Below, one piece after another: positions 55,084 through 64,000 of a stretch of 64,000 nucleotides of DNA. Numbering within the stretch: the first letter of the stretch is position 1; every line of letters begins with the position of its first letter. The notes beneath the pieces were generated by a model. That model searched no databases, had not been told where the DNA came from, and saw only the letters and a list, made by a program, of their open reading frames with translations. The stretch comes from an uncultured bacterium (GTDB taxonomy: Bacteria; Zhuqueibacterota; QNDG01; CAYUAG01): contig CAYUAG010000004.1 of assembly GCA_964442615.1 (NCBI GenBank), positions 3,922-67,921 on the forward strand. The letters run 5' to 3'. The position numbers and the translations under genes are program-made.

Positions 55084-57177
55084 TCAATTTTCTTCGCTTT
55101 CTTCTCCAGATTTTGACCTTTGAATAATCCCCCTTTCCAGTTCTTTTGGAATTGGTTCATAATGAGAAAAGGAACGTGAAAACAACCCACGTCCTGAAGT
55201 TATTGATCGCAATGATATAGCATATTTATCTAATTCAGCAAGAGGTACTTTTGCATTAACAACCTGAAAATTACCTTCTGTATCCATTCCACCAATTTTT
55301 CCACGTCTACCAGAAAGATCTCCCATTATATCACCCATATATTCCTCAGGAACCTTAACTTTAATATCATAAATTGGTTCCAGTAGTATTGGTTTCGCCT
55401 GAAGAAAACATTTTTTAAAAACTTCCCGTCCTGCTGTTTGAAAAGCAATTTCTTTTGAGTCGACTGGATGTTCTTTTCCATCATACACTATAGCTTTAAC
55501 ATCAACAACTTTATAACCAGCCAGGGGGCCTTCTTGTAGAACATCTTTTACTCCCTTTGCAACTGCAGGGATAAAAACTTGAGAAATTGCTCCACCTTTT
55601 ACTTTATTCTCAAATTCAAAACCCTCTCCTGGTTTCATTGGTTCAATCCGCATCCATACTTCAGCAAATTGTCCAGCCCCGCCACTCTGCTTTTTATGAC
55701 GATACTTATCATCTGCCAGGGCTGTTATAGTTTCCCTATAGGGAATTTTAGGTCGCTTTTGATTTACCTTAACTCCAAATCTATCTTCCAATCTGTTTAG
55801 TATTACTTTTAGATGTAATTCTCCCTGACCGGAAAGAATGGTTTGCTTAAGTTCCGGATTATATACAATAGTAAAACTCGGATCTTCATCATGGAGAATA
55901 TGCAATCCTTTTGATAATTTATCTTCATCACCTCTGCTTTGCGGACTAATAGCAACACTAACCAGTGGATCAATAAATTCTAGAGGTTTATATTGAATTT
56001 TCGATTTTGAATCACAAAGAGTATCACCAGTGGATGTCTCTTTAAGTTTAACCAAAGCACCGATATCACCTGTAGTTAATTTTCCAATCTCTTTTCTTTG
56101 TTTTCCATTCAGTAAATAAATCTGTCCAATCTTCTCACTTGTACCTTGAGAAGAGTTCGTTACTTCTAATCCACTACTCAAGCTTCCGGATATAACCTTT
56201 ATTAAAGACATCTCTCCTACATGTGCCTCAGAAATGGTTTTAAAAACCAGAGCACTAAATGGTTCATCTGGAGAAATTTTGCGTTCAATCTCTTCTTGAG
56301 TTCCAGGTTTAAAACCAGTAAGGTTCTTAAAATCATATGGAATCACTCCATAATCAGTAATAAAATCTAATAGAGACTCAACTCCAAAAACTTTATCTGC
56401 AACTCCACACAAAACCGGAAGTACAGTTTTATTGAATATTCCTTTCTTTAAACCCTCTTTTATTTGCTCATCTTTTAAAGTTCCTTCTTCAAAAAATAAT
56501 TCAAGGAGTTCATCATCACTTTCTGCAACAGCTTCAACTATTTTCTCCCTAAGTTCATCTGCTTTTGATTTTATATTATCAGGAATTTCAGAACTACTCA
56601 TTTTCCCATCTCCACCCTCATCATAGGTTAGTAATTTCATAGATAAAAGATCAATTATCTGATTAAATCCTTCTCCTTGAGCCACAGGAAACTGAAATGC
56701 CACAACTCCATTTCCATATCGTTTATTCATTACACTCAAGGTTTTATCAAAATCAGCATGTTCATTATCCAACCTGTTAATAAAAAATATTCTTGGAATG
56801 TCATAATCATCAGAAAACCCAATAACCTGTTCAGTACCAACCTCTATTCCTTCAACACTGCTTATTAAACAAACTATCATATCCACTACTCGTAAACAAC
56901 TTTTAGTATCTCCCAAAAAATCCGAATAACCAGGAGTATCAAGAATGTTAATTTTACAGCCTTTCCATTCACCATGTAATAGAGAAGTACTTATTGAAAT
57001 TTTTCGTTCAGTTTCATCAGGGTGATAATCAGACACTGTAGTACCAGCGTCAATTCTACCAACTCTATTGATTTCACCCATCTTATACAACATCGATTCT
57101 GCTAGAGATGTTTTACCCACACCTCCATGTCCAACCAAGCCAACATTACGAATATCATCACAGATATATTCCTTCAC
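55084..57177 (-). CDS. Elongation factor G paralogue (EF-G2-like)
   Basis: 697-aa ORF with a GTG start 7 nt after GGAGG. The G1 motif is 'VGLVGHGGVGKTSL' rather than the canonical 'AHIDAGKTT'. 'DTPGYSDF' is G3. EF-G domains II-V are recognisable (e.g. 'PVLLEPI'). Confidence 0.8.
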   Translation of the reverse strand: MKEYICDDIRNVGLVGHGGVGKTSLAESMLYKMGEINRVGRIDAGTTVSDYHPDETERKISISTSLLHGEWKGCKINILDTPGYSDFLGDTKSCLRVVDMIVCLISSVEGIEVGTEQVIGFSDDYDIPRIFFINRLDNEHADFDKTLSVMNKRYGNGVVAFQFPVAQGEGFNQIIDLLSMKLLTYDEGGDGKMSSSEIPDNIKSKADELREKIVEAVAESDDELLELFFEEGTLKDEQIKEGLKKGIFNKTVLPVLCGVADKVFGVESLLDFITDYGVIPYDFKNLTGFKPGTQEEIERKISPDEPFSALVFKTISEAHVGEMSLIKVISGSLSSGLEVTNSSQGTSEKIGQIYLLNGKQRKEIGKLTTGDIGALVKLKETSTGDTLCDSKSKIQYKPLEFIDPLVSVAISPQSRGDEDKLSKGLHILHDEDPSFTIVYNPELKQTILSGQGELHLKVILNRLEDRFGVKVNQKRPKIPYRETITALADDKYRHKKQSGGAGQFAEVWMRIEPMKPGEGFEFENKVKGGAISQVFIPAVAKGVKDVLQEGPLAGYKVVDVKAIVYDGKEHPVDSKEIAFQTAGREVFKKCFLQAKPILLEPIYDIKVKVPEEYMGDIMGDLSGRRGKIGGMDTEGNFQVVNAKVPLAELDKYAISLRSITSGRGLFSRSFSHYEPIPKELERGIIQRSKSGEESEEN

Positions 57178-57201
57178 GTAAGGCCTCCATTATTATTGAA
57201 A

Positions 57202-58731
57202 TTAATTGTTTAATTTATTCAAAATTTTCTCTTTAACCTTATCTTTTAATATTCTTCCTGTAGGTCCTTTCGGAAATTCATCCATAAAAGTGACTCTCTG
57301 AGGACATTTATAAGCGGCAATTCTCTGCTTCAGGTAATCTATAAATTCTTTTTCATCTCCCTTTTGGTTATCCTTTAATATAATACAAGCAGTAACCTCT
57401 TCTCCAACATTAGGATCAGGAATGCCAAAAACAACAACCTCTTTTACCTTAGAATGACCTGCTAAAAATTTCTCAACCTCCCGTGGGTAGATATTAAATC
57501 CACCTTTTACAATCATATTCTTTCCTCTTGCTACAACTTTTTTATATCCACTTTCATGCAAAATTATAAAATCCCCTGTTCTTAACCACTCCTGATTCAT
57601 AACTTCTTTTGTAGCTTCGGGTTTGTTTAAATATCCTTTCATAACATTCTCTCCCTTTACCAAAATCTCTCCTATCTCCCCAGGTTTAATAGGTTCATTA
57701 TTATCATCAACGAACTTCATCTCAACTCCAGGTAAAGGAAAGCCAATGGATCCAGGAATTCTTTCATGTAAAGGATTATTCAAAGATACTAACGGTGATG
57801 CCTCAGTCAATCCATAACCTTCTAATATAATAACTTTGTATTTATTTTCAAACTTTTTAAAAACATCCGGATCTATCGCATCTCCACTTGATATACAATA
57901 TTTTAATGACTTCACTTCTTTTTTGGTACAATCTTTATTTTCTACAATCTCTTTAATCATTGAAGGTACAGCCATTAAACAGGTCACTTTCTCTTTTTCA
58001 ATAGATTCGAAAGCTCTGGTAGTATCAATTTTGGAAATAAGGACTATACTCCCATAACTAAAAATAAAAGCCCCTATTACTAAAGTAAATCCTAAAGGAT
58101 GAGATAATGGTATCAAACTAACAACTTTATCATTATGATCAAATTTAATATATGAAACAAAAGCATCAATATCAAACAGAATGTTTCCATGGGTTAATTG
58201 GGCACCTTTTGGATATCCTGTCACTCCAGCAGTATAACTTATAACTGCTGTTTCATCAGAATCCACATGTTCAGTTTCTTGAAGAGGCTCCATTACTTCC
58301 ATCAAATGATTAAGTCTAACTTCTCCTTGATTGACATGTTCAGCAAGAACAATTAAGAATTTACATCTATCAAGTCCTCTTACAGCTTGAAAAACTGTTT
58401 CACGAAATTTATCCAGATATATAATGCCTTTAACTTCTGCATCGGCAAGACGATGATAAACTTCTTCAGTCTTATAATAAATAGATATTGGTAAAATTGT
58501 CAATCCCAATTTTAAACCAGCAAAAAAACAAATAACAAAATGCGGGATATTAGGAAGCATTAAAGCAATACGATCACCTTTTTTAAAACCAAGTTCTTTT
58601 AATCCGTTTGCTAATCTATCCACACTTAATTTTAACTTTTCATAATTAATACGATAATCATTGAAAATAAGAGCTTCTTTCTGAGGAAATTTTTCTGAAG
58701 ATTTTTGTAAAATTGAATAAACATTACTCAA
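57202..58731 (-). CDS. AMP-dependent acyl-CoA synthetase/ligase (long-chain-fatty-acid-CoA ligase-like)
   Basis: 509-aa ORF with an apparent TTG start. The AMP-binding motif 'ISYTAGVTGYPKGAQLTH', 'EGYGLTE' and 'WLRTGD' support the call. Confidence 0.85.
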   Translation of the reverse strand: MSNVYSILQKSSEKFPQKEALIFNDYRINYEKLKLSVDRLANGLKELGFKKGDRIALMLPNIPHFVICFFAGLKLGLTILPISIYYKTEEVYHRLADAEVKGIIYLDKFRETVFQAVRGLDRCKFLIVLAEHVNQGEVRLNHLMEVMEPLQETEHVDSDETAVISYTAGVTGYPKGAQLTHGNILFDIDAFVSYIKFDHNDKVVSLIPLSHPLGFTLVIGAFIFSYGSIVLISKIDTTRAFESIEKEKVTCLMAVPSMIKEIVENKDCTKKEVKSLKYCISSGDAIDPDVFKKFENKYKVIILEGYGLTEASPLVSLNNPLHERIPGSIGFPLPGVEMKFVDDNNEPIKPGEIGEILVKGENVMKGYLNKPEATKEVMNQEWLRTGDFIILHESGYKKVVARGKNMIVKGGFNIYPREVEKFLAGHSKVKEVVVFGIPDPNVGEEVTACIILKDNQKGDEKEFIDYLKQRIAAYKCPQRVTFMDEFPKGPTGRILKDKVKEKILNKLNN

Positions 58732-58746
58732 TGTTAACCTCTCAAT

Positions 58747-59649
58747 CTAATATTGGGATAATTTAAATTTTTTCATTAAAGACTCAGCATTATATGAACT
58801 TCTTACCAAAGGTCCGGAAAAAACCCATTTTATTCCAGCCTTTTCAGCATTTCTTTTATATATATTAAATTTTTCTGGTTTAACATACTCCCTGACAGGA
58901 TAAGCTGATATAGAAGGTCTAAGATACTGACCTATGGTAAGTGCATCACAATCAACTGAATTAAGCTCATTAAAAACATTATTTAATTGAACTTCAGTTT
59001 CACCAAGACCTACCATTATTCCTGATTTCACAATAACATCAGGATCAATTTCTTTAACTCTTTTTAAAAGCTTTAATGATCGTTGAAAATCAGCTTCTGG
59101 TTTTATTTCTAAATAAAATTCAGGAACAGTTTCCACATTATGATTTAATACCTGTACTCCACTTTCTAAAACAATCTCCAAACTTTCTTTTAAACCCAAA
59201 AAATCAGGAATTAATACTTCTATTGTTGATTCTGGTAGTAATTCCTTAATTGCTTTTACAGTTTGAGCAAAATGTTTTGCACCTCCATCCGGTAAGTCAT
59301 CTCTGGTCACAGAGGTTACAACCACATGTTTCAGTCCTAAACTTTTTGCAGCTATAGCAACATTTAATGGTTCATGAGGATCAAGTTTATCAGGTTTTCC
59401 TTTTAATACCCCACAATAACGACAATTTCTTGTACAATGACTACCTAAAATCATGAATGTTGCTGTTGGTTTTTTAAAACATTCAACAATATTTGGACAT
59501 CCGGCAGACTCACAGACTGTACAAAGATTTTTTCTTCGTAACATTTTTTTTATCTCTAATATCTCCTTGGTCTGTTCTTTATTCTTTCTCAACCAATGAG
59601 GAAGACGAAGAGTATCAATTCCATTTTTTTTATTTTCGCTCTTGTTCAT
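58747..59649 (-). CDS. lipA: Lipoyl synthase
   Basis: 300-aa ORF. The auxiliary cluster is 'CESAGCPNIVEC'. The radical-SAM motif is 'CTRNCRYC'. 'LNHNVET' and 'SGIMVGLGE' also fit. Confidence 0.9.
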   Translation of the reverse strand: MNKSENKKNGIDTLRLPHWLRKNKEQTKEILEIKKMLRRKNLCTVCESAGCPNIVECFKKPTATFMILGSHCTRNCRYCGVLKGKPDKLDPHEPLNVAIAAKSLGLKHVVVTSVTRDDLPDGGAKHFAQTVKAIKELLPESTIEVLIPDFLGLKESLEIVLESGVQVLNHNVETVPEFYLEIKPEADFQRSLKLLKRVKEIDPDVIVKSGIMVGLGETEVQLNNVFNELNSVDCDALTIGQYLRPSISAYPVREYVKPEKFNIYKRNAEKAGIKWVFSGPLVRSSYNAESLMKKFKLSQY

Positions 59650-59916
59650 AATAAATAATAAATTTTTTTATTTAAATAGTAATTTTTCACTTAACACTAA
59701 CTCTTTTTCATGAAAAACAATCATATTCTTCTCACCTCTATTTCTTGTTATACCTCCAGATCAAACTCATTAATGTTAAGAAATCTTTTAATTTAAATCA
59801 AGAAATTTTTAATATTTCCCTTTAAAAATTTAAAATATATGTTTTATTTCTCATATTTTTTTTTTAAATTGTATTTTTTTAACATAACTTCTCAATAATC
59901 AAAAAAGGAGATGTGT

Positions 59917-62001
59917 ATGAGTGAGAACTTTAAACCTTATGTACCTAGTGATAGTTCAATGAGGGAATTTTCTTTTAAAGCTATCTTTTTAGGTATATTT
60001 TTAACCGTAATCTTAGGAGCAGCTAATACCTATCTTGGTATGACAGCTGGTATGACAGTGGCTGCTACCTTTCCAGCTGCTGTTATTGCTATGGCTTTTA
60101 TGCGCCTTTTTAAGGGTACAATTTTAGAAGAAAATATGGCACGTACTACGGGTGCGGTAGGTGAAGCCCTTGCAGCCGGAGCAGTTTTTGTTATACCTGC
60201 ATTTGTAATGACAGGTGTATGGAGTAATTTTAAATATCTTGAAACCACAATTTTAATGTTACTTGGTGGTATTCTGGGAGTACTTTTTGTCATTCTTCTA
60301 AGAAAAACACTTGTTGAAGATCAAACTCTGCCCTATCCAGAAAGTAAAGCCTGCTCTGAAATTGTTAAAGCTGGCCAACATGGTGCTACAGGAGCTGGTC
60401 TAGTTTTTGGTACTATGGGTCTGGCTGCCTTAATCGAGCTTCTTAAAAACTCAAAGGGAATAACCATAATTAAGGATGTTTTTAGAGGATTTATTAATCT
60501 GGGAACATCTAAAGTTTCTCTGCTTAACTCCGACTCACAAATCATTGTTATTAAAGATAAAATAGCATCATTTACTCAAAAAGGCAGTATGGTAGTTCAA
60601 AGTCCACGATCTTCACCAGCCTTTCTTGGAGTTGGGTATATTATTGGATTTCGTTTAGCTGCAATAACATTTTCCGGAGGTGTGTTTGGATGGCTCTTTT
60701 TAATGCCAATTGCCCTTTTTCTTATGAGTAGTAATCTATCTTTCTTTGCTGAAAACTCTGATTGGATCACCATAGCTAGTTCTGCTTATAATGCAGCTGT
60801 AAAACCCATAGCGGTTGGTGGTATGCTGGTTGGTTCTTTTTATACACTCTTTTCTATGAGAAAGAGTCTTATAAATGGTCTTTCCAGAGGTTTCAAAGAC
60901 ATTAAAAAAGCCGGAGCTTCCGATCAAAAAGTTGATCGCATAAACAAAGATACTCCCTTTGGAATGGTCATTATGTCAATTCTTGTTTTAGTAATAGCTA
61001 TGATAATTATTTTTCAGCAACTTATTAAAACACCTATGAATCCTGCTTGGGGTGGTGCAATTGGTTCAGCTATTGTAATGGCAATTGCAGGATTTATTTT
61101 TGCCGCAGTTGCAGGATATCTGGTTGGAATTATCGGCTCATCCTCCAATCCTATCTCAGGTCTTGCCTTATCTACTTTGATAATCTCTGCTCTCCTCATG
61201 GTTATTATAGGTTTAAGGGGCAATGCAGGTATTGCTGCTACCCTGGCAGTTGCTGCTGTAGTTGCTTGTAGTACAGCAGTAGCAGGAGATATGATGCAAG
61301 ACTGGAAAGTGGGGCATATACTCGGTGGTACTCCCTGGAAAATGCAGATTGGAGGGATCATTGGTGTTATTGGTGCTGCACTTGTACTAGTTCTTCCCAT
61401 AATGCTGTTAGATAAGGTTCCTGGTGATCCATATGCACATGCAATTGGTACAGAAAATCTTCCTGCCCCTCAGGCTGGACTTATGTCAATGATGGCAAGA
61501 GGAATTGTTGGTGGAGAAATGGCCTGGCCTTTGGTAATTGCAGGTATGTTCTTTGCTGTAGCATTGATTCTTCTTAAATCTCCCTCTCCTATGCTTATCT
61601 CAGTTGGTATGTACCTTCCTTTCAGTACAACCTTTGCTATTTTTATCGGTGGTATTGTTAAATTCTTTATGGATAAAAGTGCTGAAAAATTTGGAGAAAA
61701 AAAAGCTAAGGAAAAGAAACTGGATGGCAAGGAAAAGACAAATTTTATTGATAAAATCGTCTCTAAAGCTGAAAATCACGGTTTACTGCTTGCTTCCGGA
61801 CTGGTGGCTGGTGAAGCCTTAACCGGCATACTTCTGGCCCTTCTGGTAACTGTTAGAGTAGATCTTAATGAATTGATTGGAAACATACCCTCACTCTCTG
61901 ATACACTGCTTGGAGTGATTCTTTACTTTGTAGTTTTTATTGTATTAATTTGGGTATTGATTACAATTCCCCTTAAAAAATTGAGAAAATTAACTAGCTA
62001 A
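59917..62001 (+). CDS. OPT-family (oligopeptide transporter superfamily) membrane transporter
   Basis: The ORF track gives 59911. The ATG at 59917 (MSENFKPY) lies 6 nt after AAGGAG (59905-59910). 'REFSFKAIFLGIFLTVILGAANTYLGMTAGMTVAATFPAAVIAMA' is typical of the bacterial OPT N-terminus. About 16 TM helices. Confidence 0.75.
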   Translation: MSENFKPYVPSDSSMREFSFKAIFLGIFLTVILGAANTYLGMTAGMTVAATFPAAVIAMAFMRLFKGTILEENMARTTGAVGEALAAGAVFVIPAFVMTGVWSNFKYLETTILMLLGGILGVLFVILLRKTLVEDQTLPYPESKACSEIVKAGQHGATGAGLVFGTMGLAALIELLKNSKGITIIKDVFRGFINLGTSKVSLLNSDSQIIVIKDKIASFTQKGSMVVQSPRSSPAFLGVGYIIGFRLAAITFSGGVFGWLFLMPIALFLMSSNLSFFAENSDWITIASSAYNAAVKPIAVGGMLVGSFYTLFSMRKSLINGLSRGFKDIKKAGASDQKVDRINKDTPFGMVIMSILVLVIAMIIIFQQLIKTPMNPAWGGAIGSAIVMAIAGFIFAAVAGYLVGIIGSSSNPISGLALSTLIISALLMVIIGLRGNAGIAATLAVAAVVACSTAVAGDMMQDWKVGHILGGTPWKMQIGGIIGVIGAALVLVLPIMLLDKVPGDPYAHAIGTENLPAPQAGLMSMMARGIVGGEMAWPLVIAGMFFAVALILLKSPSPMLISVGMYLPFSTTFAIFIGGIVKFFMDKSAEKFGEKKAKEKKLDGKEKTNFIDKIVSKAENHGLLLASGLVAGEALTGILLALLVTVRVDLNELIGNIPSLSDTLLGVILYFVVFIVLIWVLITIPLKKLRKLTS

Positions 62002-62351
62002 TGAAGGAAAAAAAGAAAAACAAAAATCTTCTTGATATGATTCCTGAAACTCAATGCAACTGGGAAAATAACCACGATGAAACAGTTTCTCTAATTGTTC
62101 CACGCTTTAAAAACCGGTTCATGAAAAAAATTACCATAAAATTAGGAAAAAGTGAAGAAGTAAAAATTCATTTGGATGAAAAGGGAAGTAATACCTGGGT
62201 ACTAATTGATGGTATAAGAACTGTGGAAACTATTGGAGAAAAACTGGAAAAAGAAGAGAATGAATCCCTTGAACAGTTTTACCAGCGATTAGGCGAATTT
62301 CTTATCATACTGGCAAAAAATCGATTTATTCGTTTTAAGAAAGTAACCTAA
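62001..62351 (+). CDS. PqqD-family / RRE-like small protein
   Basis: 116-aa ORF whose ATG shares one base with the OPT stop (TAATG). 'LDEKGSNTWVLIDGIRTVETIGEKLEKE...LEQFYQRLGEFLIILAKNRFIRF' fits the PqqD pattern (l...g..iW.l.dG.rtv.ei...l........d...fl..L...gli). Confidence 0.5.
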   Translation: MKEKKKNKNLLDMIPETQCNWENNHDETVSLIVPRFKNRFMKKITIKLGKSEEVKIHLDEKGSNTWVLIDGIRTVETIGEKLEKEENESLEQFYQRLGEFLIILAKNRFIRFKKVT

Positions 62352-62400
62352 TATTAAGCAGACCAACAGGTCTTTCAGGAGAAAATTCTCTCAATAACTT

Positions 62401-62437
62401 AACCCTGACAGGGATTCAAACTCTGTCAGGGTTTTTG
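62401..62437 (+). terminator. Rho-independent terminator after the OPT/PqqD-like pair
   Basis: 11-bp stem aaccctgacag (62401-62411) / ctgtcagggtt (62423-62433), followed by a T-run (with the stem's final two T, TTTTT at 62432-62436). It starts 50 nt after the stop. Confidence 0.7.
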
Positions 62438-62580
62438 ATTTCACCCTCTTTTTTTCAAAAGAAAAAAAGAAACTAACCTTCTTTGAGAAGGTTAGCTTTG
62501 AAAATTAAATTTATCCTTCTCTTTTTCAAAAGAGAGGAGAACCAAGGGAGTGAGTTTGTAAAATTTCCTCAATTTTTTTA

Positions 62581-62609
62581 TTGACATTTTAAAATTAAAT
62601 TATTATAAT
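62581..62609 (+). promoter_or_regulatory. Consensus sigma70-type promoter upstream of the LRR gene
   Basis: TTGACA (62581-62586), an exact 17-nt spacer, then TATAAT (62604-62609). A T-run precedes it. The -10 box is about 140 nt upstream of the ATG at 62750. Confidence 0.6.
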
Positions 62610-62749
62610 ATCATTATTAAAACTTATTCATCCATTAATTTTTATATGGCTATAAATTCAACAACTGAAATATTGATGTAGACTTTGTTTTTTTTTATAG
62701 ATAAATCATCTGACTGCAATTACCATATCAACCATGAAAAGAGGTTATT

Positions 62750-64000
62750 ATGAAAAAGATACTTTTAAGAGTTGTACTACTTGTAATGTTTATTCATTTT
62801 TCCGGACTTGTGTACAGTGCCATACCTTCATCCGAAAGGGCGGCATTGATTGACCTCGACAACAGCACTAACGGTGATAGTTGGACCAACAATAATGGTT
62901 GGAAGACCCCGCCCTTGGATGTTGACGGTTTTGCCATGTCGGGAACGAAAAACACCTGGTTTGGAATTATAGTATCAGCTGACCGGGTAACAGAAATAAA
63001 TTTATATTCTAACCAGCTTTTCGGCTCCATCCCGACTGAATTAGAAAATCTGGCTAATCTGCAATCCCTTTATCTTTTTAACAACCAACTTTCCGGCCCC
63101 ATTCCGATTGCATTAGGAAAACTGACGAATCTGAAAAACCTTTATCTTTATAACAATCAGCTTTCCGGCTCTATCCCGGCTGCATTAGGAAATCTGGCTA
63201 ATCTGGAAATCCTTTGGCTTCATAACAATCAGCTTTCCGGCTCTATCCCGGCTGAATTAGGAAATCTGACGAATCTGAAAAATCTTTATCTTTATAACAA
63301 TCAGCTTTCCGGTCCCATCCCAACTGAACTGGAAAATCTGGTGAATCTGCGATACCTCTGGCTTAATAATAATCTGCTTACCGGCCCCATCCCGGCTGAA
63401 CTGGAAAACCTGACGAATCTGTGGGGCCTTAATCTTCATAACAATCAGCTTTCCGGCTCCATCCCGGCTCAACTGGAAAATCTGGCCAATCTGCTCTACC
63501 TTGATCTTGGTTACAACCGGCTCTCCGGTTCCATTCCGACCGCATTAGGGAATTTGTCGATTTTGGAAGGCCTTTATCTCGATTGGAATCAGCTTACCGG
63601 CCCCATCCCGGCTGCATTAGGAAATCTGACAAATCTGCAATTCCTTTATCTTTCTGACAATCAGCTTTCCGGTTCCATACCGGCTGCACTGGGAAATCTG
63701 AAGTATTTGAGAGAACTTCGGCTTAATGGCAACCAGCTTACCGGCTCTATCCCCGCATCACTGAATACTTTATCCGATCTTGATGATGGAGGGAGTGATT
63801 TCCGCTGGAACGGCCTATATACTGATAATGACGCACTTCGCACCTTTCTTAATAATAAACAACTTGGTGTTTACTGGGAAACCACCCAGACAGTTGCTCC
63901 GGAAAACCTTAGCTGTGGTTCTCCAACTAATACTTCCCTAACCGTCTCCTGGACACCCATCATCTATACTGCTAATACCGGCGGCTACCGGGTTTTTTAC
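62750..64000 (+). CDS. Secreted plant-type (24-residue) leucine-rich-repeat protein followed by an FN3-like domain; runs off the right edge
   Basis: Absent from the ORF track (no stop in window). ATG at 62750 follows GAGG (62741-62744). My translation gives MKKILLRVVLLVMFIHFSGLVYSAIPSSERAALIDLDNSTNGDSWTNNNGW.... Eleven L.L..N.LSG.IP..LGNL.NL repeats follow, then '..LSCGSPTNTSLTVSWTPIIYTANTGGYRVFY'. Confidence 0.85.
   Translation, partial: MKKILLRVVLLVMFIHFSGLVYSAIPSSERAALIDLDNSTNGDSWTNNNGWKTPPLDVDGFAMSGTKNTWFGIIVSADRVTEINLYSNQLFGSIPTELENLANLQSLYLFNNQLSGPIPIALGKLTNLKNLYLYNNQLSGSIPAALGNLANLEILWLHNNQLSGSIPAELGNLTNLKNLYLYNNQLSGPIPTELENLVNLRYLWLNNNLLTGPIPAELENLTNLWGLNLHNNQLSGSIPAQLENLANLLYLDLGYNRLSGSIPTALGNLSILEGLYLDWNQLTGPIPAALGNLTNLQFLYLSDNQLSGSIPAALGNLKYLRELRLNGNQLTGSIPASLNTLSDLDDGGSDFRWNGLYTDNDALRTFLNNKQLGVYWETTQTVAPENLSCGSPTNTSLTVSWTPIIYTANTGGYRVFY
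62996..63787 (+). repeat. Eleven in-frame 72-bp tandem repeats encoding the LRR units
   Basis: The period is exactly 72 nt. Recurring strings include aacaatcagctttccggctc(t/c)atcccggctg and ttaggaaatctg(a/g)c(g/t)aatctg. Confidence 0.9.

Noticed and set aside
62996-63787. Regular tandem repeats considered as a CRISPR array
   Set aside because: The period is 72 bp with no alternating unique spacers. The repeats are in frame and encode LRR units. No cas genes are nearby.
62794-63843. Three minus-strand ORFs (78, 71 and 60 aa) across the LRR region
   Set aside because: They are artefacts of the 72-bp periodic repeat read on the opposite strand. The plus-strand frame is open for all 417 codons and gives a perfect LRR consensus.
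1-64000. Defence, toxin-antitoxin, prophage, CRISPR-Cas, retron or DGR systems
   Set aside because: I recognised no nuclease, helicase/ATPase, reverse transcriptase, methyltransferase-restriction pair, small TA-like gene pair or phage structural gene in any of the six frames.

Overview
This is a low-GC, almost fully coding bacterial chromosome segment. Positions 1-49764 are transcribed only from the minus strand (about 32 genes). I read three blocks.

(i) About 1.3-30 kb is an island of about 19 exported enzymes that look glycan-active, each with a lipoprotein, Sec or Tat signal. It is built from a few paralogous families:
- four 'YG(F/H)WGE(W/G)H' TIM-barrel proteins (DUF4832-like from memory) plus one decayed fragment;
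- five proteins carrying a GH42-type GATase1-like middle-domain signature, two of them with a GH42-like Cys cluster;
- three exported Amidohydrolase_2 proteins;
- two deacetylase-like proteins;
- a GH57-like enzyme, a GH36-like enzyme, a CBM9-like protein and a gamma-glutamyltransferase.
No regulator, transporter or SusC/SusD pair lies inside the island.

(ii) 30.7-44.7 kb is a cell-envelope block. It holds a giant membrane spermidine-synthase-like/TPR fusion, two proteins with T9SS-type C-terminal sorting domains, a PorV-like barrel, an IPT/NHL lipoprotein, a TonB-dependent receptor without SusD, and a GWxTD-family protein.

(iii) 44.7-64 kb starts with a DeoR-headed aga/tagatose-like sugar operon and an MFS gene. 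Housekeeping genes follow: cyclophilin, HIT, an EF-G paralogue, acyl-CoA ligase and LipA. The block ends with an OPT transporter translationally coupled to a PqqD-like gene and a plant-type LRR protein that runs off the right edge.

I saw no rRNA, tRNA, CRISPR array, transposase, integrase or recognisable defence genes. The best candidates for new biology are:
- the paralogue-built exported enzyme island and its repeated two-gene module;
- the exported amidohydrolases and the GGT inside it;
- the SusD-less TBDR/T9SS-cargo/PorV-like cluster;
- the OPT-PqqD-like pair.

All family names come from motif recognition by eye. No searches were run.
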